DNA of 64,000 nt, taken from assembly GCA_014238535.1 (NCBI GenBank), contig JABAAW010000003.1, positions 2,105 through 66,104 on the forward strand. The letters run 5' to 3'. The position numbers were made by a program, and so were the translations under genes. This DNA comes from Alphaproteobacteria bacterium. GTDB taxonomy: Bacteria; Pseudomonadota; Alphaproteobacteria; JABAAW01. Below, piece by piece: positions 18,543-28,188 of this stretch. The stretch's first letter is position 1, and every line of letters starts with the position of its first letter. Under the pieces are notes generated by a model. It did no database searches. It saw only the letters and a program-made list of their open reading frames with translations, and was not told the origin of the DNA.

Positions 18543-20213
18543 TTATAATCTTTTATGAAACAGAACAAGACAAGTGCTAAGGCTGATCCATAGCAACCAA
18601 AACAAGGCATTACCAAAATTTCGTACTAACAATAGGTGTTGGGTTTTCGGCGGTATCGGAGCATCTAGCCACCCCTCCTCACCATACGCCAAGCGCGTGA
18701 TTTCGCGCCCGAACGCATCGAAAACTACCGAAATGCCAGTGTTAGCAGCACGAAACAATGGCACTCCTCTCTCTATTGCACGAATTCGCGCCATTTCCAA
18801 ATGCTGATAAGGACCGCTACTATGCCCAAACCATCCATCGTTCGTTGCGTTAAATAGCAAGTCGGGCTGCTCGTAGCTTAGCCCATCTTCGTGTTTTGCT
18901 CCTTGTTTTACAAACGGTCGCAATTCAGAAAAAATTGCCTCGTAGCAAATTTGCACGCTCAAAGACAGGGATGGCGTAGGGCTTAGAAGCTCGCTTTTAT
19001 TCCCTCTCTCGAAGCTAGGAAAGCTAGTTAGCGTCCCTGTAGCAGTATTAGAAAAAGCATCGGCAAAAGGGATAAACTCACCGAACGGCACTAGTCTAAC
19101 CTTGTCATACAGCCCTTGCATGCGTCCTAAATTGTCTATCATTAGTAGGCTGTTCTTGTAACCACTAGCTCGCTGTTGCTTGCTCTCCCTAACCGCGCCA
19201 AATACCAGCCAGCGCGGTACTGCTGCCAGCAGTTGCGGTATCCACGGATGTACAAGCACTTGCCCGTGCGCAGTATCTTCCGTCGTCAAGCGATACGGGA
19301 ATGCGGTCTCAGGCCAAAGTAATAAAGATACGCTATGCGCTCGTTGGCGTAGCGATAAGGCTATCGTGTGGCGGAAGTTGTCTATCGCATCTTGCTCGCG
19401 CCACTTCTTGTGCTGTTCGATATTAGGTTGCACTATACGCACAACGGGAGCCCCATTCTCTATGGGCGGTGCTTGCGCGAGACGCAAAGTGCCGAACGTA
19501 GCACTAGCTAAGGGTATAGCAAGAGAAAGCAGCCCGTAGATACAAGCACTACGCAAGCGTCTAGATAGAAGGTGGTAGGCGGCTAGCGCCGCGAGAGCAT
19601 ACGAACACAAGGCGAGTAGGCTAGTTAACTCTATCCCTCCTAACGCGCTCATTTGCGCTAGCAAGATACTGCTATTCCAAGCGTAGCCCGCTAGGTTCCA
19701 AGGAAAACCACCAAAGGCTGACGAGCGAAGCGATTCCGCTAGTGCGTATAGGCTAACAAATAAACCTATGCGGATAACGCTACTGGCTCTTGGGTTGAAG
19801 CGCAGCAACAAGCGTTGTGCGAATACCGCTCCAAGCGGATAGAGAGCAAGGTAACAACATATTGCTAGTATTGCCAGAAAGCCTAAAATCGCACCCAATA
19901 GCGAATAACCGAATGCGAGGTATACCGCATGAGCTATCCAGTATAGCGATGCGATGTTGGCGCAGAAAGCCCAAGCAAACACCAGCAAAAAAACTCTGTT
20001 CCCTGCTTTCGGTAGGCCATACGCTACCCATAAGCATGGCAGGGCAAAGGATAGGTAGCCTGCGGCTAGAATGGAGAACGGCGCGAAGGCAAGACTCCAT
20101 AAAGCTCCCCCAAGGCAAGCGCATAACAAAGAACTTCTACCCCTTACAAGGGTTCGCAAAACTAGCTTTTCAATATTGCTACTGCTATCGTTTCTAAGTC
20201 GTTGTGCGCTCAA
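18543..20213 (-). CDS. lnt: apolipoprotein N-acyltransferase
   Basis: 556 aa. Polytopic N-terminus plus a CN-hydrolase domain (VRIVQPNI, WPETA, catalytic-Cys context VQICYEAIF). Confidence 0.9.
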   Translation of the reverse strand: MSAQRLRNDSSSNIEKLVLRTLVRGRSSLLCACLGGALWSLAFAPFSILAAGYLSFALPCLWVAYGLPKAGNRVFLLVFAWAFCANIASLYWIAHAVYLAFGYSLLGAILGFLAILAICCYLALYPLGAVFAQRLLLRFNPRASSVIRIGLFVSLYALAESLRSSAFGGFPWNLAGYAWNSSILLAQMSALGGIELTSLLALCSYALAALAAYHLLSRRLRSACIYGLLSLAIPLASATFGTLRLAQAPPIENGAPVVRIVQPNIEQHKKWREQDAIDNFRHTIALSLRQRAHSVSLLLWPETAFPYRLTTEDTAHGQVLVHPWIPQLLAAVPRWLVFGAVRESKQQRASGYKNSLLMIDNLGRMQGLYDKVRLVPFGEFIPFADAFSNTATGTLTSFPSFERGNKSELLSPTPSLSLSVQICYEAIFSELRPFVKQGAKHEDGLSYEQPDLLFNATNDGWFGHSSGPYQHLEMARIRAIERGVPLFRAANTGISVVFDAFGREITRLAYGEEGWLDAPIPPKTQHLLLVRNFGNALFWLLWISLSTCLVLFHKRL

Positions 20214-20235
20214 ATGACTGCAAATCTCGTTTAGT

Positions 20236-21159
20236 TCACTCAGGACGCTCGTCTAGTGTATTGCCTTCGGTCGCGATAATTTTCAGGCGTATTATGCTTC
20301 GTGCAGATGATTCGATTATACGAAACTCTAAGTTGCTGTAGAGGTGGGTTATCGATTCTCCACGGTTAGGAACTCGACCAGCTAAGGCGACTACTAGCCC
20401 GCCTAAAGTCTCCGCTTCCGTCTCGCCTAGGTTACTTGAAAAACGTTCCTCGAATTTTTCTATCGGCAGGCGCGCATCCGCAATGATGTTACCTTCCGCA
20501 TCACGGTGGCAAATCGGCTCCCAATCATTGTCGTGCTCATCGTGTATCTCGCCGACAATCTCCTCGACTACATCCTCTAAAGTCGCCATGCCATCGATGC
20601 CACCATACTCGTCTACAACAAAAGCAATTTGCCGACGGTGCTGCTGCATCTTAACCAGTAAATCAAAAATTCGCACGCTAGGCGCGCAGAATAGCGGAGG
20701 GTGCAGTAATCGACGCAAAGAAAAAATACTATCTTTATTATTGTCTGCTTGCTTACTCGTAGTAGTGGAGTTACCGCTACCATTTTGCGCTATGTGCAAC
20801 AGCAAAGACTTAACATGTAAAACGCCGACTATCCTATCTAATGTCTTTTGATAGACGGGGTAGCGCGAGTGCGGCTTATCTGTAACGAACGATAGTATCT
20901 CAGCATAGGGCGTATCGATATCGAGGGCTTGGATGTCCGTGCGCGGAACCATAACGGTGGCTACCGTCTTGTCGCCGACTTTTAAAATGTTCGAAATCAT
21001 CGTGCGCTCTTCTGGCGCAAGCTCAAAACTCTTGTCTTCTTCTATCAACTCTCCGATCGTCTCGCGAATCGGGTTGACGCCGAAGCGTTTACGCATCCAC
21101 GCGAGCAACGCAGTCGCTAGGCTACGAGGATCATTGTTAGTAGTGGTGGTTTGTGCCAT
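20236..21159 (-). CDS. CBS-pair / CorC_HlyC domain protein (CorC/TlyC family)
   Basis: 307 aa. VATVMVPRTDI, a CBS pair, FVVDEYGGIDGMATLEDVVEEIVGEI, and a C-terminal transporter-associated domain. Sits in the conserved lnt-corC-ybeY-phoH neighbourhood. Confidence 0.9.
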   Translation of the reverse strand: MAQTTTTNNDPRSLATALLAWMRKRFGVNPIRETIGELIEEDKSFELAPEERTMISNILKVGDKTVATVMVPRTDIQALDIDTPYAEILSFVTDKPHSRYPVYQKTLDRIVGVLHVKSLLLHIAQNGSGNSTTTSKQADNNKDSIFSLRRLLHPPLFCAPSVRIFDLLVKMQQHRRQIAFVVDEYGGIDGMATLEDVVEEIVGEIHDEHDNDWEPICHRDAEGNIIADARLPIEKFEERFSSNLGETEAETLGGLVVALAGRVPNRGESITHLYSNLEFRIIESSARSIIRLKIIATEGNTLDERPE

Positions 21160-21164
21160 TAGCT

Positions 21165-21848
21165 TTACTGGAGATTTACTGGTTGTTGGGGTTGGGGGGA
21201 ACCTTGCGATTCGAACTTTGCTTCACCGTACGGGTTGGAGTTCGGAAAGCCAAGACGGCGTAGTATTTCTTCTTCCCTCGCTTCCATAAATTGTAGCTGT
21301 TGTGCTGTCTCATGCTTCAGTCCAACCAGATGCGCAACAGCGTGAACCGTGATATGCGCACAATGCGCTCGTTTATCTAAATCATAGCGCTCAACTTCGC
21401 GTTGCATCGCGCGATAGCCGAGCGCAATGTCGCCAAGATGGCGCGAGGTATAGCTGGCTGAACCGTTATCCATATCGTGCTCGTAAGTTTCGTTATCTGC
21501 CGAGAAGGCGAGAGAACTGCAGATAGAATCCTTTGCGCGAAAGCGTCTGTTAAACTCGCGCATACGCCGATCATGCGTGCAGAGGATAGATAGGCTCCAG
21601 CGTTGTCTATTTGTGTCGTCGTAGCGTTGCTGCTGATTTTCCATAAAAAACGCCATCGCACTATCGGCCGCGCAGTAGACTAGCTCTAATAAGCCATCCT
21701 CGCGCTGCCATAAAGCAGAATCCGTTTCTATGTATATTTCGCGGAAGTCTTTACTTACGAGCTCTTCTACTACCGACGGGGGCGGCGTTGGAAAGTCGTT
21801 TGTAGCTTTGATGGACATATATTGAAAAAAGTTTTTACTCTTCCCCAT
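21165..21848 (-). CDS. ybeY: endoribonuclease YbeY (rRNA maturation), longer than usual
   Basis: Zinc motif H-x3-H-x5-H in ITVHAVAHLVGLKHE. 227 aa against the usual ~160, because of internal and terminal extra segments. The start overlaps the phoH stop; an alternative ATG is at 21818. Confidence 0.85.
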   Translation of the reverse strand: MGKSKNFFQYMSIKATNDFPTPPPSVVEELVSKDFREIYIETDSALWQREDGLLELVYCAADSAMAFFMENQQQRYDDTNRQRWSLSILCTHDRRMREFNRRFRAKDSICSSLAFSADNETYEHDMDNGSASYTSRHLGDIALGYRAMQREVERYDLDKRAHCAHITVHAVAHLVGLKHETAQQLQFMEAREEEILRRLGFPNSNPYGEAKFESQGSPQPQQPVNLQ

Positions 21849-22809
21849 ACGCTTGCAAAATATCAGACACTAGCGGATGGCGTACGACATCGTGCGCTGA
21901 AAAGCGCACGAATGGTGCCAGGTGCGATAGCCGTTTCGCTGCATCAAGCAAGCCGTTGCTACTTCCAGTCGGAAGGTCTGCCTGCCCGGGGTCTCCTGTA
22001 ATCGCCATGCGCGAGCCATTGCCTAATCTCGTCAAAAACATCTTCATCTGGTGCGGGGAGGTGTTCTGCGCCTCGTCGAGCAACAGAAACGCATTCTCCA
22101 ATGTGCGACCTCGCATAAAGGCAAGTGGAGCAATTTCGATCGCCCCACGAGCGATAAAGCGTTCTGTGCTTTGCTTGCCAAGCACGCGGTGCAGAAGGTC
22201 GAAAATCGGGCGCAAATACGGATCAACCTTGTCACGCATGTCGCCTGGTAGAAATCCTAAATGCTCACCCGCCTCAACAACCGGGCGAGATAAAATCAAG
22301 CGTTCAACATCGCCGCGGCGCAATAGCGAAAGACCATAGCACAGCGCAATGCAAGTCTTACCAGTGCCTGCAGGACCAAGCGCGAAAACAAGCGGCTTCG
22401 AGTGTAGCTCTCGTAAAAAATCACCTTGCTTACTATTGCGAGGAGAAATCGTCGCTTTCGGTAAATCTAGAGATAAGTCTCGCGTTATATCTTGATCTTG
22501 CGAGTCTAACTCAAAATATCCATTATCAAAGTCCTCATCGCACAAAACCTCGTTCCGCTTAAGACGAGTGTAGAGGTGTTCAAGGTGCTCGCGCACTTGC
22601 TCACACTTCTTGCCATCGCCACGGCAAATAACAGCGTTGCCTCGATGGTCAAGGATAACTCCATACAAACTACCAAGGCGGCGCAAACGCTCGGCGCTAG
22701 CACCGAATAACTCCGTGAGAAGGCTATTGTCCTCAAACCAAATAGTCGCCGCTAAAGACAGACGCTCGCTAGGAGAAGCCATAGCCGTAGTGTGCCTAAT
22801 ATCGCTCAA
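21835..22809 (-). CDS. phoH: PhoH-like ATPase (YbeZ)
   Basis: 324 aa. Walker A GPAGTGKTCIA, LLDEAQN, ITGDPGQADLP. Confidence 0.9.
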   Translation of the reverse strand: MSDIRHTTAMASPSERLSLAATIWFEDNSLLTELFGASAERLRRLGSLYGVILDHRGNAVICRGDGKKCEQVREHLEHLYTRLKRNEVLCDEDFDNGYFELDSQDQDITRDLSLDLPKATISPRNSKQGDFLRELHSKPLVFALGPAGTGKTCIALCYGLSLLRRGDVERLILSRPVVEAGEHLGFLPGDMRDKVDPYLRPIFDLLHRVLGKQSTERFIARGAIEIAPLAFMRGRTLENAFLLLDEAQNTSPHQMKMFLTRLGNGSRMAITGDPGQADLPTGSSNGLLDAAKRLSHLAPFVRFSAHDVVRHPLVSDILQAYGEE

Positions 22810-23123
22810 GGCTCAAGATCGAAATTATACAGCAAAATACAAAGTAGGCTAACGGGTATCGCAAAAGAGATAAAAACAAGCGTAAAAAACAGTCGCCCGC
22901 AAGGCAACCGCACAGCGAGCAAAAAGCGCCCAAAGCAAAACCATAAAAGAAGCCTAGTATAGCTTACTCTTGTCTGCAAGAAAAAAACTCGCTACAATGG
23001 GTAACGCTAGGATACGCATTCTGTAACCTATATGCAGTAGTATGAAAATACACTATCTAGTCTTGGTAGATAAAATACGCGATAGAAAACTCGCTCTAAA
23101 TAAACGGAAGATAAAAGCAAAAT

Positions 23124-26012
23124 ATGGATGATCTATTGGCTGAGTTTTTAACCGAAACTCGCGAATCTATAAGTCTGTTAGATGGCAGACTCGTCATGTT
23201 CGAAAAAAACCCGAGCGACAAAGACGCTCTCGCAGAAATCTTCCGAGTCGTCCACACGATCAAGGGAACTTGCGGATTCCTAGACCTGCGGCGGTTAGAA
23301 AAAATAGCCCACGCAGCCGAATCTTTACTAAATACCTTCAACGAAGCACCAGAAAGCGTCACAAGCGAGCGCGTTTCTTTGGTTCTAGAAGCTTTAGACG
23401 ATATAAAGTCTATCCTCGATAACTTGGAGAGTAAAAGAAAAGAACCTGAAGAAGATAACGAAGACCTATTAAAACGCTTGGATAGAGAGACAAAAATACA
23501 AGCAGATGCCAACGCGATTAGTAAAAAGCAACGGGATAGCGATAAACAACAGCAAATTGAAAACGAAGTAGAAACTCAATCATTGCCACCCGCAGTCTTC
23601 GCCGATAGCCCAAATAACATCTCCGTGCCCATCTTGGGCGAAGAAAACCACGAACAGGACATAACAACAGCGTGGCAGGGCGGGATATTAGCCAGCTCAA
23701 ACCAAAATGCCATCGTTTCCATAACCAGTTTGCGCGTACGCTTGGACTTGATCGAGCAGCTGATGGATTCAGTTTCCGAATTGGTCTTGTCGCGAAACCA
23801 ACTCTTACAGATTTTACGGCAAAACCCATCGAGCGAATTTTCAATTCCTTTACAGCGTCTTAATCAAATCACAACAGCCTTACAAGAAGGCATCATGAAA
23901 ACTAGAATGCAGCCAATTCAGAATGCTTGGAACCCCTTGCCGCGACTCGTTCGCGATCTCGCTAAATCTATGGGCAAGCAAGTGCGTCTAGAGATGGTCG
24001 GTTCCGAAACCGAACTAGATCGACAAATCATCGAGATGATACGCGATCCATTAGTTCATATCGTGCGCAACGCTATAGACCATGGATTAGAACTACCAGC
24101 CGAACGCGTAAGGCGCGGGAAGGACGAGCAAGGGACTATTACCATGAAAGCATATCAAGAAGGCGGGCAGATCATGATAGAGGTCTATGACGATGGAAAA
24201 GGAGTCGATCATGAAAAAATTCGCACCAAACTCATCGATCAAAATTTTGCCTCCGAAGCCGAAGCCGCAAGGCTATCGCAATCACAACTGCATCGATTCT
24301 TATTTCAATCGGGATTTTCGACAGCTGATAAAATAACAGAAGTTTCAGGGCGCGGAGTCGGTTTGGATGTTGTCAAGAATAACATAGATAAAATTGGCGG
24401 GCAGATAGAAATAAACTCAACGCTAGGCACTGGATCGCAGATCCGCATTAAAATTCCTCTTACCTTGGCTATCGTATCTGTGCTGATAGCAAAGGTCGGC
24501 GGGCAACGATACGCATTCCCGCAAACTTCAATCGTCGAACTCGTATCGTTCCGCGAAACACAAGAACATCAGGTAAGCGTACTGCAAGATAAACTAGTCT
24601 TGCAACTACGAGAACAACTGTTGCCGCTTATCTCGATTCGCGAACTATTTGCACTAACCAATATTCTGCAAAATACATCTAAAACTACCATACCAACAAT
24701 GACTAGCGAGGCTAGCGACAACGCCATCGATACAAGCAACACTACGCTACCTACGCTACCTGAAAATAATGCAGAGGCTGCATCTCTTGGCAACATCGTA
24801 GCCGAAGCATTATCTCCTAGTTATGTATCGCAGAAACCACCTGTAATCTTCAAGCCATCATTATCAAAAGGTGAGCTGGGGCAACAGATGCTTAAAGGAG
24901 TCATGCAAAGTGAGGACAACTATATCGTCGTCTTACAGGTTGGAGCGCAGCAATTCGGAATACTCGTCGAGGACATTCAGGATACCGAAGAAATTGTCGT
25001 CAAGCCGCTATCAGACCCTCTTCGCGGAACTCCTTTCTTTAGTGGAAATACCATACTCGGAGACGGGAGAGTCGTTCTTATCGTCGACCCTAACTATCTA
25101 GCAGAGCAGGTCGGGCAAGGGTTAGACTCAGCAGAGATAGAAATAGAACGCGAAGAACAACAACAGCTACAAGAGAGTAGCGTTACTTTAGTCATGCTCG
25201 ATAGTGGTGATGGCGTCAAAAAAGTCGTACCCGTTAGCGCTATCAATCGTTTGGAGCACATCGATTGTTCTCGTATCGAGTACCCTAATGCTCGTGCAAC
25301 AGTGCTATACAATGAAACTCTTATGCCTATTATGCGTATCGAGAATGCGCGCTCGTTACCCGCTGAAGGGCTACGCCCTGTATTGATATTATCCGATGGC
25401 GAAAAGTGGGCTGGCATCCTAGTCGAGGAGGTACTAGATATCATCGAAGAGCCGATGCGAATTGAAGTGAGTGGTAGCGGTGAAAATGGAATCATCGGAA
25501 GTGCTATCATAAAAGAGCAAAGCGTCGAAGTCTTGGATATGGACTTCTTTTGGAAAAAAGCCTTCAATGAGGAAAATGCGCTACCGATAGACCTTGCAGG
25601 AGTCGAAACTACTAACAAAAAGGCTACACGCGAACGCCGTTTGTTGCTCGTAGAAAAAAATCGTAGCTTTTGCGATGCAATCATTCCTCATCTGTCCTCG
25701 GCAGGTTATCGAGTCTTCATTGCAAATAATATAGAGCAGGCTGTTCTATATCATAAAAACTCTATACCTTTCGATGTTCTAATTAGCGATATCGACGAAA
25801 ATAGCGAACAAGTCTTGCAATTCGTCTCAAGAACTCGAAAGTCACAAAGCGCATGGGCAAATATGCCAATACTCGCTATTACCGCAAATACTCCTTCCGA
25901 AGAGATAACAGAAACTTGCCGAATAGCAGGGTTTACCGACTTCTTGTCGAAAATCAACCGCACAGATATAGTGCAGTGTCTGAATTCTTTGCCAGAACAG
26001 CCGAGCATATAG
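23124..26012 (+). CDS. cheA: hybrid chemotaxis histidine kinase CheA with two CheW-like regions and a C-terminal receiver domain
   Basis: 962 aa. HPt FRVVHTIKGTCGF; kinase boxes HIVRNAIDHGLE, DDGKGVD, GRGVGLDVV; two CheW-like stretches (QRYAFPQTSIVELV..., VTLVMLDSGDGVKKVVPVSAINRLE...). REC spans 25635-26009 (DVLISDID, ILAITAN, FLSK). Confidence 0.9.
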   Translation: MDDLLAEFLTETRESISLLDGRLVMFEKNPSDKDALAEIFRVVHTIKGTCGFLDLRRLEKIAHAAESLLNTFNEAPESVTSERVSLVLEALDDIKSILDNLESKRKEPEEDNEDLLKRLDRETKIQADANAISKKQRDSDKQQQIENEVETQSLPPAVFADSPNNISVPILGEENHEQDITTAWQGGILASSNQNAIVSITSLRVRLDLIEQLMDSVSELVLSRNQLLQILRQNPSSEFSIPLQRLNQITTALQEGIMKTRMQPIQNAWNPLPRLVRDLAKSMGKQVRLEMVGSETELDRQIIEMIRDPLVHIVRNAIDHGLELPAERVRRGKDEQGTITMKAYQEGGQIMIEVYDDGKGVDHEKIRTKLIDQNFASEAEAARLSQSQLHRFLFQSGFSTADKITEVSGRGVGLDVVKNNIDKIGGQIEINSTLGTGSQIRIKIPLTLAIVSVLIAKVGGQRYAFPQTSIVELVSFRETQEHQVSVLQDKLVLQLREQLLPLISIRELFALTNILQNTSKTTIPTMTSEASDNAIDTSNTTLPTLPENNAEAASLGNIVAEALSPSYVSQKPPVIFKPSLSKGELGQQMLKGVMQSEDNYIVVLQVGAQQFGILVEDIQDTEEIVVKPLSDPLRGTPFFSGNTILGDGRVVLIVDPNYLAEQVGQGLDSAEIEIEREEQQQLQESSVTLVMLDSGDGVKKVVPVSAINRLEHIDCSRIEYPNARATVLYNETLMPIMRIENARSLPAEGLRPVLILSDGEKWAGILVEEVLDIIEEPMRIEVSGSGENGIIGSAIIKEQSVEVLDMDFFWKKAFNEENALPIDLAGVETTNKKATRERRLLLVEKNRSFCDAIIPHLSSAGYRVFIANNIEQAVLYHKNSIPFDVLISDIDENSEQVLQFVSRTRKSQSAWANMPILAITANTPSEEITETCRIAGFTDFLSKINRTDIVQCLNSLPEQPSI

Positions 26013-26189
26013 TCTTCAAAATACTTTAATATAATTGACGATTACAATCGTTTTACAAATTCGCTAATTAGATGTGTGTATTTAGGTCGAACTTTGCTAG
26101 AATACCACTTGCGGTTTTATCTGAACCATTGTCGGGAGGCGATTGGTTCACTGGAAATTATTTTAACTTATGACGATAGGGTGGTCTCT

Positions 26190-26558
26190 ATGGCTAAAAA
26201 TTGTCTTGTCGTAGACGATTCAAAGATTGTGCGTGTGATGGCACGAAAAATTTTGGAAGGACTCGGATTCGAGGTCTTTGACGCAGAAAACGGGCAGGAA
26301 GCTCTAGATTTTTGTCTAAAATCTCCGCCTGATTGCGTGTTGTTGGATTGGAACATGCCTGTGATGAGCGGCTTGGACTTCCTAAAAAAAATACGAGCTG
26401 AAGCAGTTGGTAAAAATATGAAAGTCATCTTCTGTACAACTAAAACTGATGCAGATAGTGTTAAGCAGGGTATGGCAGCGGGTGCAAACGAATATATTAT
26501 GAAGCCTTTCGACGAAGGGGTCATAAAAAGTAAACTCAGTGAAATCGGCTTGATCTGA
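26190..26558 (+). CDS. cheY: CheY-like single-domain response regulator
   Basis: 122 aa from ATG at 26190. CLVVDDS, LLDWNMP, FCTTK and IMKPF are all present, so the phospho-acceptor pocket is intact. The ORF-track start at 26076 is judged too long. Confidence 0.85.
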   Translation: MAKNCLVVDDSKIVRVMARKILEGLGFEVFDAENGQEALDFCLKSPPDCVLLDWNMPVMSGLDFLKKIRAEAVGKNMKVIFCTTKTDADSVKQGMAAGANEYIMKPFDEGVIKSKLSEIGLI

Positions 26559-26578
26559 CTTATGCCCAAGCCACTAAT

Positions 26579-27517
26579 ATGTATTCCGAAAAATACGAAG
26601 AAGCACGCTTACGGAGCTTAATAAGTAGCGTTTTGGAAGAGGGGGCAGGCTTGTGTTCTCCGCAAATAAACTATGCAACCTTGCTGGCGCGCGTTCACGC
26701 TGTCTGCTTAGGGTTTAGTGATCGCCCTCTATTAACACCGTTAGAGCTGCTCGCGCACGCCCACGGCAAAGGCTACAACAAGGAATTTCGGCAATCCGTG
26801 TTGGAAGGATTCTTGACACGCGATACTCTTTTCTTTCGTGATAAAGATAACTTCCGTTCCTTGCAAAAATGGTTAGAAAAATACGCAAGCTTTACGCCAT
26901 CTAACCAGCATATAAAAATATGGGCACCTGCATGCGCAAGCGGGCAAGAGGCTTTGTCAATATCAATGTTGTGGCATAAACTGCAACAGGACAAGTATAA
27001 CGAAGATGCAAAACTTGAAATATTCGCTAGCGATATAAGCACGCGTTCAATAGCTAAAGCTAAGAGCGGGATATATAACAATTTCGACGCCCAATGCGGC
27101 TTGGCGATAGGAGATTTGCTAAATTTCTTCGATAGGCAGGAGGACTTCGGGTTGTGGCGAGCTAAGACATTCTTGTTCGATAACATAAAATTTTTCGAGC
27201 ATAATCTTTTGCATTCGCCACCGAGCTTCTTACCACGCAAACTTGATTGGATTTTTGTTCCACACACATTGAGGGACTTCGTCGAAAATACCGCAACAAG
27301 GGTTATCACACGCCTCGCATCGCTACTATCGCCACACGGATGGCTTGCTCTATCGCCATCTGAAGTTGAGATAGGGTTTCGGGCAGGGTTCAAAGAGAGC
27401 GAAGCAGCGCACAAGCAGGGTTTGTTTGCACGCTCTACCTTCTCTTATCCAGATCATTTGCAGTCTAACAGTTTGCTATTCGACAACACCATATACGCTA
27501 CTTCGCTAGAGGCTTGA
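26579..27517 (+). CDS. cheR: CheR-type protein-glutamate O-methyltransferase
   Basis: 312 aa. FFRD.., KIWAPACASGQEALSISMLW (SAM-binding GxG-type motif of CheR), IFASDIS. Confidence 0.8.
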   Translation: MYSEKYEEARLRSLISSVLEEGAGLCSPQINYATLLARVHAVCLGFSDRPLLTPLELLAHAHGKGYNKEFRQSVLEGFLTRDTLFFRDKDNFRSLQKWLEKYASFTPSNQHIKIWAPACASGQEALSISMLWHKLQQDKYNEDAKLEIFASDISTRSIAKAKSGIYNNFDAQCGLAIGDLLNFFDRQEDFGLWRAKTFLFDNIKFFEHNLLHSPPSFLPRKLDWIFVPHTLRDFVENTATRVITRLASLLSPHGWLALSPSEVEIGFRAGFKESEAAHKQGLFARSTFSYPDHLQSNSLLFDNTIYATSLEA

Positions 27518-27522
27518 GCGCG

Positions 27523-28188
27523 ATGATTTTCGTGCAATTCGAAAATGTTGGTATGCGCTACGGCTTGGGGCCCGAAATTCTGCACGACATAAATCTCTCG
27601 CTACCTAGCGGTTCGTATCACTATCTTACAGGACCTTCAGGCGCTGGAAAAACTTCGCTCTTGCGTCTGATGTTCTTGGCGCAAAAACCTAGTCGCGGCA
27701 CAATACATACTTTCGGCAAAGATGTAACACGCAAAAATAGAAGAGAACTACAAAGCTTGCGCCGACGCATAGGAGTCGTCTACCAAGAATTTCGCATGGT
27801 AGATCATCTAAATGTTGCCGAAAATGTAGCTTTGCCATTGCGAATTCGCGGAATGACGGAGACGAGCATACGCGAGCAGGTACGCGAGATTATGGCCTGG
27901 GTAGGTTTAGATCAACACATGGCAGCAGACCCGGCAACGCTCTCTGGCGGACAGCAGCAGCGAGTAGCTATCGCGCGCGCAGTTGTATCAAATCCAGACT
28001 TGCTATTGGCAGACGAACCAACAGGTAATGTCGATGATGATCTCGCTGCTCGACTCTTATTCCTATTCGAGCAGATGCATAAAAACGGATCGACCGTGGT
28101 GCTAGCAACCCATAACCGCCGATTAATCGAACAACACCCGCATCCAATACTACAGATAAACGACGGTTTCTTGGAGCGATTAGGGTGA
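27523..28188 (+). CDS. ftsE: cell division ATP-binding protein FtsE
   Basis: [40 protein letters not shown] at 27523 lies 5 nt after the cheR stop; a TTG at 27514 is an alternative. Confidence 0.9.
   Translation: MIFVQFENVGMRYGLGPEILHDINLSLPSGSYHYLTGPSGAGKTSLLRLMFLAQKPSRGTIHTFGKDVTRKNRRELQSLRRRIGVVYQEFRMVDHLNVAENVALPLRIRGMTETSIREQVREIMAWVGLDQHMAADPATLSGGQQQRVAIARAVVSNPDLLLADEPTGNVDDDLAARLLFLFEQMHKNGSTVVLATHNRRLIEQHPHPILQINDGFLERLG

Noticed and set aside
22810-23123. 314-bp gap between phoH and cheA, checked for a missing miaB remnant, a small RNA or a tRNA.
   Set aside because: There is no ORF fragment with MiaB-like motifs, no stable hairpin or terminator, and no tRNA features. It most simply serves as the divergent promoter region.
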